Source of the DNA: Eledone cirrhosa
Lineage: Eukaryota
Direction of reading: 5' to 3'
DNA length: 64,000 bases
Assembly (NCBI GenBank): GCA_964016885.1
Contig: OZ024743.1
Span: 336,536,001-336,600,000, forward strand
The notes beneath the pieces were generated by a model. The model did not search any database. It was not told where the DNA came from and saw only the letters and a list, made by a program, of their open reading frames with translations. This document shows positions 1 through 13,990 of the stretch, piece after piece. Within the stretch, counting starts at the first letter, position 1, and every line of letters starts with the position of its first letter. The position numbers and the translations under genes were made by a program.

Positions 1-1019
1 TATCTTTTTTATCGATTGTAAATAAGGGATAACATAATAATTAAGTATTTCCTATGGATAATAAAAATAACTGCGTTACATTCATTGAATAGTTTACGGT
101 TATAGCGATTTGTTATTTAAAATTTTAAATGTAACCACTTATGTCATATTTTAAAGTAAAATTTCTCTTCGAAATAAATGCCGATCTCTAACTAAACAAA
201 TGAAATTTAAATATCAAAGGTAGCCTAAAATGTGTTTGTAATGGGTGATATTTATGTATTGTACATTATATTATAGAATATCCAAACATCAATTAAATGT
301 TTAATTATCTAAGAGTGTTTGGGCCTCAAACAATACAGGTGTTGTATGATTCTATTTGAAGGGCTAAAGAGGAGGGGTAATAATTCCCTTGTGTAGCAAC
401 CACTGAGGTATTCAATGTACAAGAATATAATACGTTTGGAATCGATGTGTGAGTGTATTGATGTGTGTGTGTGTGTGTAATATACTAATATATATATGCG
501 CATATGTATATATGTACGTAGGTATGTATGTGTCCGTGTATGCATGTGTATATGTATGTAGGAATTCATTCATACATATACACATGCATATCTATCTATA
601 TATTACTAAAAGTATGGGATTACTTGCTTGTCTGTAATGTAATAGGGCGCATAATGGGAAAAAGAATTTGTCCCTGAAATGGGAATACAAATGAAATAAA
701 ACAAGTTTCGCGTAAATCGAAGCACGGGTTCCCAAGATATGGCGTTTTCTGGGGACCTTCATAAACAGAAAGAGAGAAGGGTAGAGAGAAATAGATAGTG
801 GTTGTGAGAGAGTAGATAGAAAGAGAGACATAGAGAGAGGGATAGGAGACAGAGAAGGAGAATGGAAGAGAGAGAGAGAGCTGGTGTTGTTGTTGTGTGT
901 ATATATATATATATGTGTGTGTGAGTGTATGTGTGTATATATATGTGTGTGTGTATCTGTGTGTGTACATATTTGCCAGGCCTGCCAGACAGCCAGTAAA
1001 TTTGGATGAAGGGAAAACT

Positions 1020-1175
1020 TGATTAAATCAACTCCAGTACTTGATTGGTTCTTTATTTTATCGAACCAGAAAGATGAAAGGCAAAGTTGACCTCGGCAGA
1101 ATTTGAACTCAGAATATAAAGCTCCAGAACAAATACCGCAATGGCATTTTATTTGGCGCTCTACTAATTCTTCCA
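1020..1175 (-). mobile_element. tRNA-derived SINE, octopus OK-like family, degraded
   Basis: Reverse complement contains gagttcaaattctgccgaggtcaactttgcctttcatc (B-box-like GAGTTCAAAT). The same core occurs at 2228-2410, 43840-43950 and 44512-44706. Confidence 0.7.
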
Positions 1176-1869
1176 ATTTATTAACTCTAACAGATGGATA
1201 ATATAGATGTGACGACACCGTACACTTATCAGTGTGGTCACTTCCCCTGTTATTAAAGCCTCATACGTACACGAAAATGTAGCAAGTTAGCCTATTTCAT
1301 GATGGCTCAGATCGACTATTGATTACATCGATCCCAGTACTGGGATCGTATCATAATTTATTTCACTTGATGAAAGGTACGGGTGGTTTCGGGGAGATAT
1401 GAACACAATAAGTAGAGAGCCGGAACAAAGACTGGTTACTAATTTATTAAATTGTGTATATTTCTATGTATTCTCATGTGTTGGTTGAAAATCTATCTAT
1501 AGATAGTCGCTAGTACAATATAATTTTGTAAATATTATTCACATTTTGTTTCAACTATTGGCATTATGCTTATTAAACATTTGCTCTGTAAACTTTGCCA
1601 ATATGTATTCAAGTATTCTTATCACCAAATATGGTTATTTTCTGTTAAAGGAGAAATGCAGATATGTGAAACGAGTTATCGTCGACGTTTCGTATGTCTG
1701 GGGAATTAACTTAGTTAATAATATTTTTTTTTTAAGTATGTTTAAAATATATTTTCAAGAACATTTTATTGGATTTACTTGTAATTTAAATAGAATTAGG
1801 CTCCGAAGAAGACTGGGAAAAGAAAAAAGAAAAAATTTTATATTCGGGTATATAAAATGGACCTCCATT

Positions 1870-2200
1870 GGTTTCGGCGATAAGTGTTCAATCGGCGGAA
1901 CAGCCTGCTCATGAAATTAACATATAAGTGGCTGAGTATTCCAGAGGCAAGTATACTCTTAACGTATTTCTCAGGGAGATTCAGCATAACACCGTGTGAC
2001 AAGGTTGGACCTTTTTGTTTACAGATACAGTCCATCCAACAGGCTTCCAAACAGTTTCTTTCTACTCAATTTCATTCACAAGGCATGACTTGACCCAAAG
2101 CTATAGTAAATGACACCTGCCCAAGATACCAAGTAATGGAATTGAACCAGGAATGTAATTATTGCGAAACGAGCTTCTCAACCATTTCACCATGCTGTGT
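1870..2200 (-). mobile_element. Second tRNA-derived SINE family (OR-like), degraded
   Basis: Minus strand reads ggttgagaagctcgtttcgc...ggttcaattcc...cttgggcaggtgtc...ctatagc. A homologous copy lies at about 15990-16270. Confidence 0.6.
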
Positions 2201-2227
2201 CCATTTCTTTGTTAATAATTGCTATTA

Positions 2228-2410
2228 CATTTGGGCACAAGGCCAGCAATTTGTAGGGGAAAGGAAAGTCGATTATTTTGTCGTCTCCCGGAAGGATGAA
2301 AGGCAAAGATAACCTCGGCGATATGTGAAATCAGAACGTAAAGGGCCATGATTATATGCCACAAAGCATGTTGTCCGACATTCTATCAATACTGCCAATC
2401 CACCGCCCTT
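2228..2410 (-). mobile_element. OK-like SINE
   Basis: ggcggtggattggcagt...cgccgaggttatctttgcctttcatcctt...tggccttgtgcc, matching 44512-44706. Confidence 0.7.
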
Positions 2411-2529
2411 TTTTGTTAACAGCTTTCAAAGCGATTTTATTGTATTTATTTGCATCTTAAATAAATTTTCTTTCAATCATTCAGTAATAAAGCACAATCT
2501 TCATATTCAGGTATTATTTTCATATTTCT

Positions 2530-3318
2530 GCTCTCTTCCCGATTGAGCACTGTTTTCCTTTTTTCTTTTTCACACTTAGAGATATTGCTACATACACATA
2601 TTGCTCCTATGTGGAATTCTTGTGCAAACCATCGCATTTTATTTCGACTGACTCGTATTTTTTCTACGCGTTTTGTTGCGCACTCTTTGGACAGATATTT
2701 TCATCGTTGCTACATAGACGAGATTAATTATTCAATCAAAAACATAATGACACCTACCAACACCTCTTACACCCAAATCCTTCTCGACAAAGTAGAAGAT
2801 GTACGTCAACGGTCACCACAGCCACCGAAAAATTTAACATTAATTCCAAGATTATTTCGAAGATACTTGAAGTATCTAGTCCTTACACCAATGGCGCCAA
2901 GAATTATCGTCTATGTCTTATTGACAAATTTCGAATATTACAATGTTTGTCATCTCCGAACAATAACTATTTGAATTGAAAGGGCGAAGTTTTTAGAGAA
3001 TGCATCCAACAACTGCTTGTTACGTGGAAATACTCAAGAAATTCGACTGAATTCCAATCATCTTAATTTTATTTATATACTTACAGAATATTCTTTCTTT
3101 CTCTTTCCACACTTACATAATACAATGTACTTTCATACTGCTCTACTCCATACCTTAATAAATATTACCATCTTTATATTACATACCACCACATAATACT
3201 ATACTTCTGCGATTTCAAATTTACATCTTGGGGTTTTAGTACGCATTACCTTTAACGGTATCTTATAAACTCGTATAAACGCCTGAATACAGGACACAAT
3301 TCTGAGGCCTCTTACATT
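2530..3318 (+). mobile_element. Internally deleted PLE remnant, interrupted by the Gypsy element and continuing at 8681-8845
   Basis: NYSIKNIMTPTNTSYTQILLDKVE resembles the PLE N-terminus (compare SLKNIPIPSRNTYEKLL at 24.2 kb). 2530-2600 is directly repeated at 8775-8845. Confidence 0.55.
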
Positions 3319-3817
3319 TGTACAGCCACCGGAAATAACATCTGTGAAATATACAGCGCCATCTACCTGTTAGCTAGCTACCTCAACGTGAAACAAAAGA
3401 ACCCTTCAAAGCTACCAGAATAAACGCCTACACAACGGCTAAACATCAAACGATTATTTCTGTATAAATAGAGTGGTTCCAAACACTTCAGCAGTCGACA
3501 TTTGGCAGAGTCAACTCGCGTATCGTTGTCCCTCGCCTCTGCCACGCTTTGTCACTCGCACACGCCTTGTACCTCGTATCGTCGCTTCATGTGAAAATAA
3601 ATAGCTGATTGAATTTACATCTCGCCTTGCTTCGTCCTTTCAACTTGTGCTTTCGTCTGTCCATCCTCAACAGTCCTTTTAAGGGCTATATGCGACAACA
3701 GTTCTTTTAAGGGCTATCTTCAGATCTGATCAGACCGTGTGCGATAACAGTCCTTCTAATGGCTATTCTCGGATCTGATCAGAAGTAGTGACCAGACTGA
3801 CTAACCACGTCGCTACA
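3319..3817 (+). repeat. 5' LTR (499 bp)
   Basis: TGTACAGCC...CGCTACA, near-identical to 8198-8680. Contains TATAAATA and AATAAA. Confidence 0.95.
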
Positions 3818-3819
3818 AT

Positions 3820-3851
3820 TGGTGACCCCGACGGGATTCGAACGCGCAACC
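3820..3851 (+). promoter_or_regulatory. Primer-binding site, tRNA-Trp
   Basis: TGGTGACCCCGACGGGATTCGAACGCGCAACC directly after the LTR, complementary to the 3' end of eukaryotic tRNA-Trp. Confidence 0.85.
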
Positions 3852-3882
3852 AGACAGCATCTAGGAAGATACCAACATAGAC

Positions 3883-4884
3883 ATGTCACCACCAACGACA
3901 GAGGCCGAGATTTCAGAGCTGCGGGCTATGGTCAGAGAGTGGGCTGGTCAAATTAAAGCCCTCTCAAATCAAGTAGAGAACCTGACCTTTCAAATACACT
4001 GACGACGCAGCAACAGTCGATCCAGGCCTTTTCACAGTCGAAGATCCAGAAGTCCCAGTCAAAATCGTGTGCCTGGCAACCTCTGCTGGTATCACACAAA
4101 ATTCGGCGCACAGGCATCTAAGTGCAAAGCCCCGTGCTCTTTCCGGAATACCACCCAGGGCCTAGCGACGACGTTCACCCCTGGTACTGAAAAGAAAAGT
4201 CGTCTATTTTTTATTAACGACCAGGCGACAGGCATCCGTTACCTCGTGGATACAGGAGCCCAGGTTAGTGTTATTCCTGTTTCACTAATCTCGGGCAAAA
4301 GACACCCAACACCGTCCTTTCTGCAGGCAGTGAACCGATCGTCAATTCCGACTTTCGGGGGGAAATCCCTAACCCTCAATTTAGGCCTGAGGTGGCGTTT
4401 TCAATGAGTGTTCGTCGTGGCAGACCTGCCGACCCCTATCCTAGGAGCCGATTTTCTCCACCACTTCAACCTTCTAGTGGACATAAAGAACCGGAGGCTC
4501 ATCGACACCACCACAAACCTCACTGTAAGAGGTATATTTACCACGCAATCCATAGTGAGCCCTGTAATTTGCCAGTCAGAGCCTTCGCGGTACAACGGCA
4601 TTCTCCAGAAATACCCAGACATCACTCGCCCGGTATTTAAGGATGGACCTATTAAGCATAATGTCACACACCACATCGAGACAAGAGGACCACCCACAGC
4701 TGCCCGACCAAGGAGACTGCCTCCAGACCGATTGAGAATCGCCAACAGGAGTTCCAACACATGCTGGACCTCGGAATCATTCGCCCTTCCTCCAGCAACT
4801 GGTCTGCACCCTTACACCTTGTTCCTAAAAAAACGAGAATGATTGGCGACCATGTGGGGATTATCGTGCACTTAACATTCTACA
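3883..4884 (+). pseudogene. gag: Truncated gag, aspartic protease and RT N-terminus (stops and frameshifts)
   Basis: CWYHTKFGAQASKCKAPC, LVDTGAQVSVIP and ILGADFL motifs. In-frame TGA at about 4000 and 4405, frameshifts at about 4745-4840. Confidence 0.85.
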
Positions 4885-7083
4885 GTGCCCGATAATTACC
4901 CTGTACCTCACCTGCACGATTTTTCTGCCTCTCTGCAAGGCGCACGCATCTTTTCCAAGATAGATTTGGTGCGTGCATACAACCAGATACCTATGGAGCC
5001 TGAAGATATTCCGAAGACCGCAATCACAACGCCGTTCGGTTTATTCGAATTCCTGCGAATGCCGTTCGGTCTGCGCAACGCTGCACAAACTTTTCAGCGG
5101 TTTATTGACATCGTGTTATGCGATCTACCCTTCGTATACGCGTATATTGACGACGTGCTGGTAGCAAGTACTTCCGAGCAAGAACACGAGAAGCACTTAG
5201 ATCTCCTTTTCCAACGTTTGGCTGAGTACGGTATCATCATCAACCCCAGCAAGTGCCTTCTCGGCGTTCCTTCACTGTCCTTTCTCGGGCACATCATCGA
5301 TAAAGACAGCATTCGTCCACTTCCCGAGAAAGTAGAAGCTATCCGCAGTTTTCCCGCACCTACATCACTTCGGAAACTGCGTGAATTCCTCGGTCTGGTG
5401 AATTTTTATAGGCGTTTTATCCCTCATTGTTCCGACGCAGCCAGACTCCTCACGAACCTTCTTCGTAACCGGACTCGCAAAAACGAAGAGATCACTCTAA
5501 ACGAGGAAGAATTAACATCTTTTAACCGCCTGAAGGAAATGTTGGCAAACGCTACCATGCTCGTTTTCCCCAGGTCTGGCGCTCCTCTTTCGCTGCTAGT
5601 GGACGCATCAGACACGGGGGTTGGAGGCGTTTTACAACATGTCGACGGCGTGTGGCAACTCTTATCCTTCTTTTCTAAGCGGTTGCAACCGGCAGAAAGG
5701 AAATACAGTACCTTTGGCCGCGAACTCTTGGCAACCTATCTTTCGGTTAAGCATTTTCGGCACATGCTCGAAGGATCAGATTTCGTGATCTACACGGACC
5801 ATAAACCACTAGTTTATGCGTTCCGTACCAAACCTGATCGACATTCACCGAGAGAACTCCGACACCTGGATTTTGTCTCCCAATATTCAACTGATATTCG
5901 GCATATCAAGGGATCAGACAACGTAGCAGCCGACGCCCTGTCCCGAATGCAACTGAACGCAATACATGTGCATTCAGGCATCGACCTTCAACAGATCGCA
6001 GCTGACCAAGAGACTGACGAAGTGTTTATCAAGCTCCGAGATTCTCCATCTCTCAAGTTTCAGCAAGTTCCCATTGCTTCTTCTCCGGGACAAATTTGGT
6101 GCGACTTTTCTACCGGTCATGAACGACCGTACGTACCACAGATGCATCGTCGACAAGTTTTTTCTGCTTTACACTGCTTGTCTCACCCGGGAATCCGGGC
6201 TACAGAGAAACTCATCTCTGCTCGTTTTGTGTGGACTAACATTAACAAGGACGTGCGCGACTGGTCCAGGAGCTGCATTGCCTGCCAGAAAGCCAAAGTC
6301 CACAGACACATCAAAACTCCACTCGGCACATTCGCGCAACCTGATGCACGTTTTCATCATCTGCATATCGACATCGTCGGATCTCTACCACCATCACAGA
6401 ACTACACACACTTGCTCACCTGCATAGATCGATTTTCCCGTTGGCCTGAGGCTTTTCCCATAAATGATACCTCAGCGGAAACAGTCGCTAAAACTTTGGT
6501 TTTACACTGGGTATCACGTTATGGCGCCCCAGCGAAGATAACAACGGACAGAGGACGCCAATTTGACTCCCACCTCTTCAGGGAACTGACTCGCCTGTTA
6601 GGATGTAAACACATCCGCACGACAGCTTATCATCCGCAAGCTAATGGTCTCGTGGAAAGATTCCATCGCCAATTGAAAGCTGCAATAAAAGCATATCCAG
6701 ACAAGACCCACTGGTTTGAATACCTACCACACATCCTTCTGGGCATTCGATCCACCGTTAAGGAGGAATTCGGACACACACCTGCAGAATTAGTGTACGG
6801 CACCACCCTGGTTCTACCTGGTCAGATGGTTGCTCCCATATCTCCTCGGGATGTTCCAGACCCAGGATCATACGTACACCGTCTTCGACAATATATGTCT
6901 CACCTTGTTCCTGCAAGCACCCGTCAGGAGAACACGTCCACACACGTACCTTCAGACATTAAAGATTGGACACGTTTTCGTTCGAAACGACACCATCTCA
7001 GCTCATCTTCGACCTCCATACTCTGGCCCTTATCGTGTTCTAAAAAAATATCTGAAATATTTTATTCTCGATCTAGATGGTAA
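4885..7083 (+). CDS. pol: Pol: reverse transcriptase, RNase H, integrase (C-terminal frameshift)
   Basis: [41 protein letters not shown] zinc finger and D,D35E (HIDIV, TTDRG, NGLVER). Confidence 0.92.
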   Translation: MPDNYPVPHLHDFSASLQGARIFSKIDLVRAYNQIPMEPEDIPKTAITTPFGLFEFLRMPFGLRNAAQTFQRFIDIVLCDLPFVYAYIDDVLVASTSEQEHEKHLDLLFQRLAEYGIIINPSKCLLGVPSLSFLGHIIDKDSIRPLPEKVEAIRSFPAPTSLRKLREFLGLVNFYRRFIPHCSDAARLLTNLLRNRTRKNEEITLNEEELTSFNRLKEMLANATMLVFPRSGAPLSLLVDASDTGVGGVLQHVDGVWQLLSFFSKRLQPAERKYSTFGRELLATYLSVKHFRHMLEGSDFVIYTDHKPLVYAFRTKPDRHSPRELRHLDFVSQYSTDIRHIKGSDNVAADALSRMQLNAIHVHSGIDLQQIAADQETDEVFIKLRDSPSLKFQQVPIASSPGQIWCDFSTGHERPYVPQMHRRQVFSALHCLSHPGIRATEKLISARFVWTNINKDVRDWSRSCIACQKAKVHRHIKTPLGTFAQPDARFHHLHIDIVGSLPPSQNYTHLLTCIDRFSRWPEAFPINDTSAETVAKTLVLHWVSRYGAPAKITTDRGRQFDSHLFRELTRLLGCKHIRTTAYHPQANGLVERFHRQLKAAIKAYPDKTHWFEYLPHILLGIRSTVKEEFGHTPAELVYGTTLVLPGQMVAPISPRDVPDPGSYVHRLRQYMSHLVPASTRQENTSTHVPSDIKDWTRFRSKRHHLSSSSTSILWPLSCSKKISEIFYSRSRW

Positions 7084-8183
7084 ACAGAATTCTGTCAGCG
7101 TGGACAGATTATAAAAAGCCATCATGGATACTGTTACAGTCTCTACACCAGAAACTCCAACAGATTGCTGTCCTAGCAGGCCACCTGTTTCATCTCCAGT
7201 CACGAGAAGTGGACGACGTGTCCATTGGCCCGCCAAGTTGGCACAATATATGAATTACCGTTAAGCTCAAGTGAGTTTCTTAATCATTCTTCGTGCAAAA
7301 CATTTCCATTTTTCTTGTGTTTATTATTTCCAGTTTCAAATACAATGAACTTTCTGCTTGAACAATTGCAATTTTTAGTGAACATGTGCTCATGTCACGA
7401 AGAACATTATTTATTGTGAACATTATTTACTACAAACACTATTTAAGAACAAACATTGTGTATATCATTGTGTATAACATTTTTTTTCTTCTCTCTCTTG
7501 TTTTGCAAAATGTTTTATTTTTCTTGTTCTGTAACATTGATTGTGTAATTACCATAATTTTTATATACATACAAGGCGTGTACATATTCTGTTTTTCATG
7601 CACACTACAAAACCACGTTTGTTTCACCTTTTAGTTCATACACTGAGCAATAGATATTTGTGTCCCTCTAACTCTTACACTACAAAATGTTTTCTCTTTG
7701 ATCACGCATTTCACAAATCGCATCCTCAAAACACTGGCCTTCTTTTTTCACGTACACATTCACTCAATAGCTCGAGAATGCCTCGCTATTTTTTTTACCA
7801 CATGCATTCGCTCAAGTCATATGCTGTGGAGCAAACTGTTACTTTTAGGCAGCATGCTTACGGCCATTCAGTTCACACATTACGGTTATCTTCACTGCCC
7901 AGTTAGACTTTTTGTCACGCAATTCACAGGCAGCTCAACCCAAATTGCAACAGGCTCATTCATCACGACTGCATAAATCTGGTCAAAGTCATTTTATAGT
8001 TTATTTCTTTTTTCTCTTCCTGACACACACATCTTGCCATATCATCTCTACATCGACTCTGTCCTGTACTCGATGATCACAAAATTTCACAACGTGCTGG
8101 ACACTCCTGGGGCTATTGTCATGACAAATGCACCACTGGCTCATTACTATACGATATTTCGCTCTTTTGTTGTACAAAAGATC

Positions 8184-8197
8184 AGGCAGGGGGATAA
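8184..8197 (+). promoter_or_regulatory. Polypurine tract
   Basis: AGGCAGGGGGATAA immediately before the 3' LTR. Confidence 0.8.
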
Positions 8198-8680
8198 TGT
8201 ACAGCCACCGGAAATAACTTCTGTGAAATATACAGCGCCATCTACCTGTTAACTAGCTACCTCAACGTGAAACAAAAGAACCCTTAAACGCCTACACAAC
8301 GGCTAAACATCGAACGATTATTTCTGTATAAATAGAGTGGTTCCAAACACTTCAGCAGTCGACATTTGGCAGAGTCAACTCGCGTATCGTTGTTCCTCGC
8401 CTCTGCCACGCTTTATCACTCACACACGCCTTGTACCTCGTATCGTCGCTTCATGTGAAAATAAATAGCTGATCGAATTTACATCTCGCCTTGCTTCGTC
8501 CTTTCAACTTGTGCTTTCGTCTGTCCATCCTCAACAGTCCTTTTAAGGGCTATATGCGACAACAGTTCTTTTAAGGGCTATCTTCAGATCTGATAAGACC
8601 GTGTGCGATAACAGTCCTTCTAAGGGCTATCTCGGATCTGATCAGAAGTAGTGACCAGACCGACTAACCACGTCGCTACA
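8198..8680 (+). repeat. 3' LTR (483 bp)
   Basis: Copy of the 5' LTR with a 15-bp deletion, a 1-bp indel and a few substitutions. Confidence 0.95.
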
Positions 8681-8847
8681 CATTTCTGGGGATATGGTCA
8701 ATATTGGTCCTTGAAACCTTAGGTAACACTTTTGTTCCGTGTATGAATATAAATAAATAATATAATATATCAACTTTCTTCCCGAATGAGCACTGTTTCC
8801 TTTTTTTCCTTTTTCACACCTACGGATATTGCTACATACACACACAT

Positions 8848-8957
<110 letters not shown>

Positions 8958-10162
8958 TTTATTCATTTATTATTTATTCTTTATCATTAAAATTAATATA
9001 AAAAACAATAATCATATATAATTATTTAAAAGCGTTTTACCCAAATTTTTTAGTGAAGGGCCTCAGGTTTCAGCAGGTGAAGGTGCAGCCCTGCACATAT
9101 CTATTAATTACTTCCATTCCACTGTTACCTACCTGGATGTATTAATGACGCGTGTACACTTTTTTCTTAAACATTTTACTTCTTGTCTATCTTAACAAAG
9201 AGCTTTGCTTGAAACGTCAATACTTTTTCCTTTTCTTCATAGCGAAATAAACTGACTTTTTTGTTTTACTTTTCTTTTGTAGTATTTTACTTATTTTGTT
9301 GTGTTTTGTGCAATATCATTTTTGCTTTTTACAAATAAATTAACTGGTGTGAAAAATATTACTTAGTGGAAATCGTTAGCGATTGACAATGAAAAGTGAA
9401 AAAATAAGTTTTTAAAATCTATCTATTTATTTGTTTGTCGGTCTGTCTGTCTGCCTGCCTGTCTACCTATCTATCTGTTTGTCTTGTCTGTCCGTCCGTT
9501 CACCCAACCAACCACCCCTCTACTCACCTAAAACCTATCTGTCTATCCTCTCTTTCTGTCTGTTTGTCCGCCCGCCCATTCATCCTCCCACTCCCATAAA
9601 ACTTCTCTGGGATGGACACACGCATGAAACTTGCTGGGTAAGTTCTACTTAAATTTCTATAGAAATTTTGACTGTGAACCTTCTTTTTTATACCCTTGTA
9701 GAGGGACTGCCAGGTCAAATTTTGATCTGGTCAGTCTTTCAAAATATTCTACGCCTTTAGGCGATATAGTTCATAAAAATTATTTTGGAAAAACTAACGT
9801 TTTTAAAAAAATGGCTGAAAAAATAACAGCTTCTTCACCAACATTCGAAGGATGAAAGGGGAAGATATGCTTACAGCTTCCCCCTTCCACTGTCATAGTA
9901 GCAGATGTCTCAGACAAAGGTCAGCCAGAGGAAGGATTTTGTCCACCTGCTGACCAACAACTTGACGTTGCCATGGCAACAAACCAATACCAAAAGTGTG
10001 AAATAATGAACAAAAACAACACAACCAGCGGCACCACCACCACCACCACCAACAACAACACCAACAAGAACAACTCCACAAAAAAAAGAAACAATTCAGT
10101 TCGCAAAAACTGTCCAAAACACGGAACTATATACACAGATTGACATCTCTAATGCCGGAAAA

Positions 10163-11462
10163 TTGCTAAGAGATGCCAAGCAATACATAACTTTTGGGGA
10201 AAATGGCGCTTTTAGCATCACTTCTCCCCAAGAATTGCGTCGAGAAACTGTCCTGAAAACTATAGTTTTCAGGACAATCTCAAATACTACTAGAAAACCA
10301 GCTCAATTAATTCAAAATGAAACTGAGCTGGTTCTAAGAAACTCCATGAAGGATATTACTTTCATACAGAAGGGAAAACTCTTCGGGAGTTTATCGCTAA
10401 TTATGAAAGACCAATTGACGGCACAGAAATATTCTGTGTCGCCAATTGTGTCCCCTCTCTATACCTTTTTCCTCACATATATGGGAAAAAGGACCCAAAA
10501 AATAAGGGTAACGAGTATCATACCAAATGTAAATATCTGGTGGATATTGAGTGGCTTTATCAACTTTGATGAAAACACAATAATTTCGGTAGATAAGTTC
10601 TCCAGGAGTATATTTAACGGTACTAGCTTAGATGTTCTGGTCCAAATGAGGCCAGAACGAATAGCTAGAATCCCACAACGTGTGCCTCCGGATGGAGTTT
10701 CCTACATAAACATTTTTGTTGAGGGTAGGCGGCCTTCATGTTACCACTGTTTAAGCAGTGGTCACCTGAGGGCCTCCTGTCCTCAATTAACTGCGATAAA
10801 AAATGACACTACTACCGACACCCAACACAACAACAGAACCACCACCACCACAACAACAACACACAAAAATAACCAAAACAAACCAAACCGCAAACACAGT
10901 ACCCCCCCCACACACACCCACCCACCTCCCACCTAAAACAACTCCAAAAACACCTACAAGCACAACAGCTCAAAACGTACCCCTCCCCAATCACACAGAC
11001 ACCACAACGGACGATGCCCCTCATCATCACTCAGTGATGATGAGGGAGAACCCCTCCGCTCCAAAGGGGAAAAAAAGACATAACACGAACAAAAAGACAA
11101 CAAACACACAACCACCAACACAAATAACACAAACATTACAAACAAAAATCCCCCCTCCTGAAAACGAAACAACGACAACACTCCAAACACAAACACCTAC
11201 AACAAAACGAAAACACGTACAAGAACAACAGACAAAAACCAACACAACACAAGAACATTACACATACATAAACAGTGAAAACAAAACCTTAATGGAGGTC
11301 ATCTCCAACGACACTTCGGTGAAAACCGAAGGGAAAACTTTTTCGAACTGTGTAGACAGACCCAATTTAAAGATGATTAGGGTCTCTACGGACACCTATA
11401 AGTCTTTAAAGAAAAACTTTCCTAAGGACGTGAGTAATCCTTGCGTTAAACCCATTAACTGA
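10163..11462 (+). pseudogene. LINE ORF1 (gag-like), frameshifted
   Basis: VEGRRPSCYHCLSSGHLRASCP CCHC knuckle followed by a Thr/Pro-rich tail. Confidence 0.7.
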
Positions 11463-11479
11463 GTCCTTTTAAAATGTTT

Positions 11480-13990
11480 TAAAAGGAACTGGTAGATAAA
11501 GTATAAGATGCACTTAGGAGTGGCAACGTAGCCTGCGTGCTAGCAACGAGAACGGCCTTGGACCAGTTCTTCGACGCAAAGCACGAAGGCTGCATTGTCA
11601 GGAGCAAAATACGTGCTCTGGGAAACGAGGGAGCCAAAGCTGTTAGCTGGGCCCGAATGACAGAGACGAATAGTGGCAACAAGTCCACGATTCGGTCTTT
11701 GAAGGACCAAGACGGACGCAAGATACTTGAGCCGAAGCAGATGTGCGCGGCCTTTCAGCGGCATTTTGCTCAACTGTTCGGGCAGGGTGACGAGACGGGA
11801 GGGGCTATGGATTTCAGTCCATACTTCGACGGCCTGCCGCGACTCTCGGACAGCGAGGCGAAGTTCTGCGAAAGGCAGATTTCGGCCGCTGAGATAGGGG
11901 ACGTACTGAGCCAATGCGGCAAACGCAAATCTCCAGGTCTCGACTGTCTACCCTACGAATTTTACGTAGCAATGCCGGACTTGTTCTCCTGTCTCCTGGA
12001 AGCAGTCTACTGCAACTGGCAGCAGAACGGGAGAATTCCCAGTTCTGTGACCGAGGGCGTAGTCACGTTAGTCAGGAAGGACGAGAATAAGGGGGACGAC
12101 ATAGGCAAATTCCGGCCCATAACTTTGCTAAACACAGAGTTACAGATTTTGGCCAAGGTGTTGGTAAAGAGGCTGGCACTTGTCGTCGAAAACCTGGTGG
12201 GAGTAGCGCAGAGATGCGCAATCCCGACCAGGTCCATACATGATAACCTCCACCTCATGCGATACATCATAGAGAGGGTAGGGTGTGAACTCGGCTTCGG
12301 TGGGGCCCTGATCAACTTGGATCAGTCTAAGGCTTTCGATAGGGTTGACCATCGTTACCTGGATGCGGTGCTCGAGGCGGCAGGCTTCGGACCCGTGTTC
12401 AGGGGCTGTATTGCTGCAATTCACAGCAGCAACATCTGCTCAAGGGTCAAGGTGAACGGCTACCTCTCGGAGCCCTTCCATATCACGCGATCCATCCGAC
12501 AGGGATGCCCTCTCTCCTCCCTTCTGTACGTACTGACTCTCGAGCCACTTTTGCGGAAGTTGGAGCTATTGCAGGGCATTCCTTTGGAACCAGGACTGCG
12601 AAAAGCGGCGTCGGCCTACGCCGACGACATGGTAGTAATGGTGTCGAGCACCTCGCAAATCGGGGAGGTCAGCACCTTACTAAAGGAATACGAAAGGTTC
12701 ACAGGAGCGAAGCTGAACCGGGACAAATCCGTCGGTTTGCAACTTGGAGAGGCAAACCTATGCCTTCCGATGGCGTCGTCGGACGCTGGACGGAAGGACT
12801 GGTAAAGCTGCTCAGGGTCTGGTTTGGTCCGGACCTCCAGGTGGAGAGGAACTGGAACGAGGTGACGGCCAAGGTGTTTGCACTCACCCAGAAATGGGCC
12901 GAGTGCAAACTATCCTTGAAAGGTCGAGCGGAGTTGGCGAACACTTTTATATCGTCCGTCATCTACTACCGGTTGACCGTTGTGCCTTGTCCAGCCAAAA
13001 GGCTCACCAAAATGGAGCGCGCTATCTTCCAATTCCTTTGGAAGAAACGGGCTCCTTTGGTGAGAAGATCCATCTGCTGCCAACACCCTTCAAACGGAGG
13101 GGCTGGGGATGCCGTGGCAGACGATGCGCAAACACGCGCTCAGGCTGCGGCACCTCCACGTATTTCTCACCGGACAACCGGTGTGGGCCCCGTTCGTGAG
13201 GCGAGCCTTCCCACGACTCGTCTCGTTGACCGAGCTGCAGTCCTGGGTCAAGCAAAGACCGAGGAAAATGGGCGACTGGCACATCAAATGTGCTCAGACG
13301 CGCACAGTCCTCTGGCAAACGGACCGGGCGGTCAGTGGAGACTCCACTTCGTCATTCTATAGAGGGTTGATCCGCAGCAAGTGCGACAACGCGCTCGGAG
13401 AAACTCTGGGCGTAGAGGGGGATGAACTGGCCTATCTGTTCGGTAGGACCTTGCGCCCGGGACCGATGGACAACTTCCAAAAATCCCTGGCCTGGCAGTG
13501 CTACTGAGGAGCTCTACCAGTTCGAGACAAGCTCTACAGACATGGGCGCCCGGGCAGGGACCCTTCGAAAAAGATCTGTCCGAGATGCGTGCGCGACGAG
13601 GAAACCGTCGTGCACGCATTTGTACACTGCCCGGGCGTTACCGACCTGTGGGGCTATGTAGAACGACTATTGTCGCGGGTGGGACCAATCCAGTTAACCA
13701 CCGAGTCCATTGTCATGATCAAACCGCTACCCTCCTTCAAAAACGAAGGAGATGCGGTTTTCCTATGTGTTATGGCTATGGTAAAAGAGGTTATATGGTG
13801 GACGAGGTTAAAAGGGCTGAGGTCAGACACCTTTCTGTCCGGCGAACAACTGATTCGTTTTTTTCAAATATCATTTTGGAAGAAGAATCAGGATGGAGAA
13901 AGAGGTGCTGTACACCAGAAAATTTTATAAAAGGTGGGTGAATGTGACAAAGATGGCCCGAGTGGTTGGGCCTTCTCTCTATATAAGCCC
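11480..13990 (+). pseudogene. LINE ORF2 reverse transcriptase, no endonuclease visible, frameshifted
   Basis: KSPGLDCLPYEFY, FRPITLLNTE, LDQSKAFDRV, QGCPLS, AYADD, KLSLKGRA and HAFVHC motifs. Confidence 0.9.

Larger units (their letters stand above)
3319..8680 (+). mobile_element. Ty3/Gypsy LTR retrotransposon, CsRn1-like, defective
   Basis: Two TG...CA LTRs, 4-bp TSD CATT (3315-3318 and 8681-8684), tRNA-Trp PBS, PPT, CX2HX9CX3C gag knuckle and PR-RT-RH-IN domain order. Confidence 0.95.

Noticed and set aside
3660-3780. Short spaced repeats (aacagt..ttttaagggcta x3) as CRISPR-like
   Set aside because: Internal LTR repeats in eukaryotic DNA, with no unique spacers or cas genes.
9185-9225. 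HHR-like gagctttgcttGAAAcgt, and similar motifs at 8686-8725 and 700-765
   Set aside because: Catalytic cores too degenerate to call.
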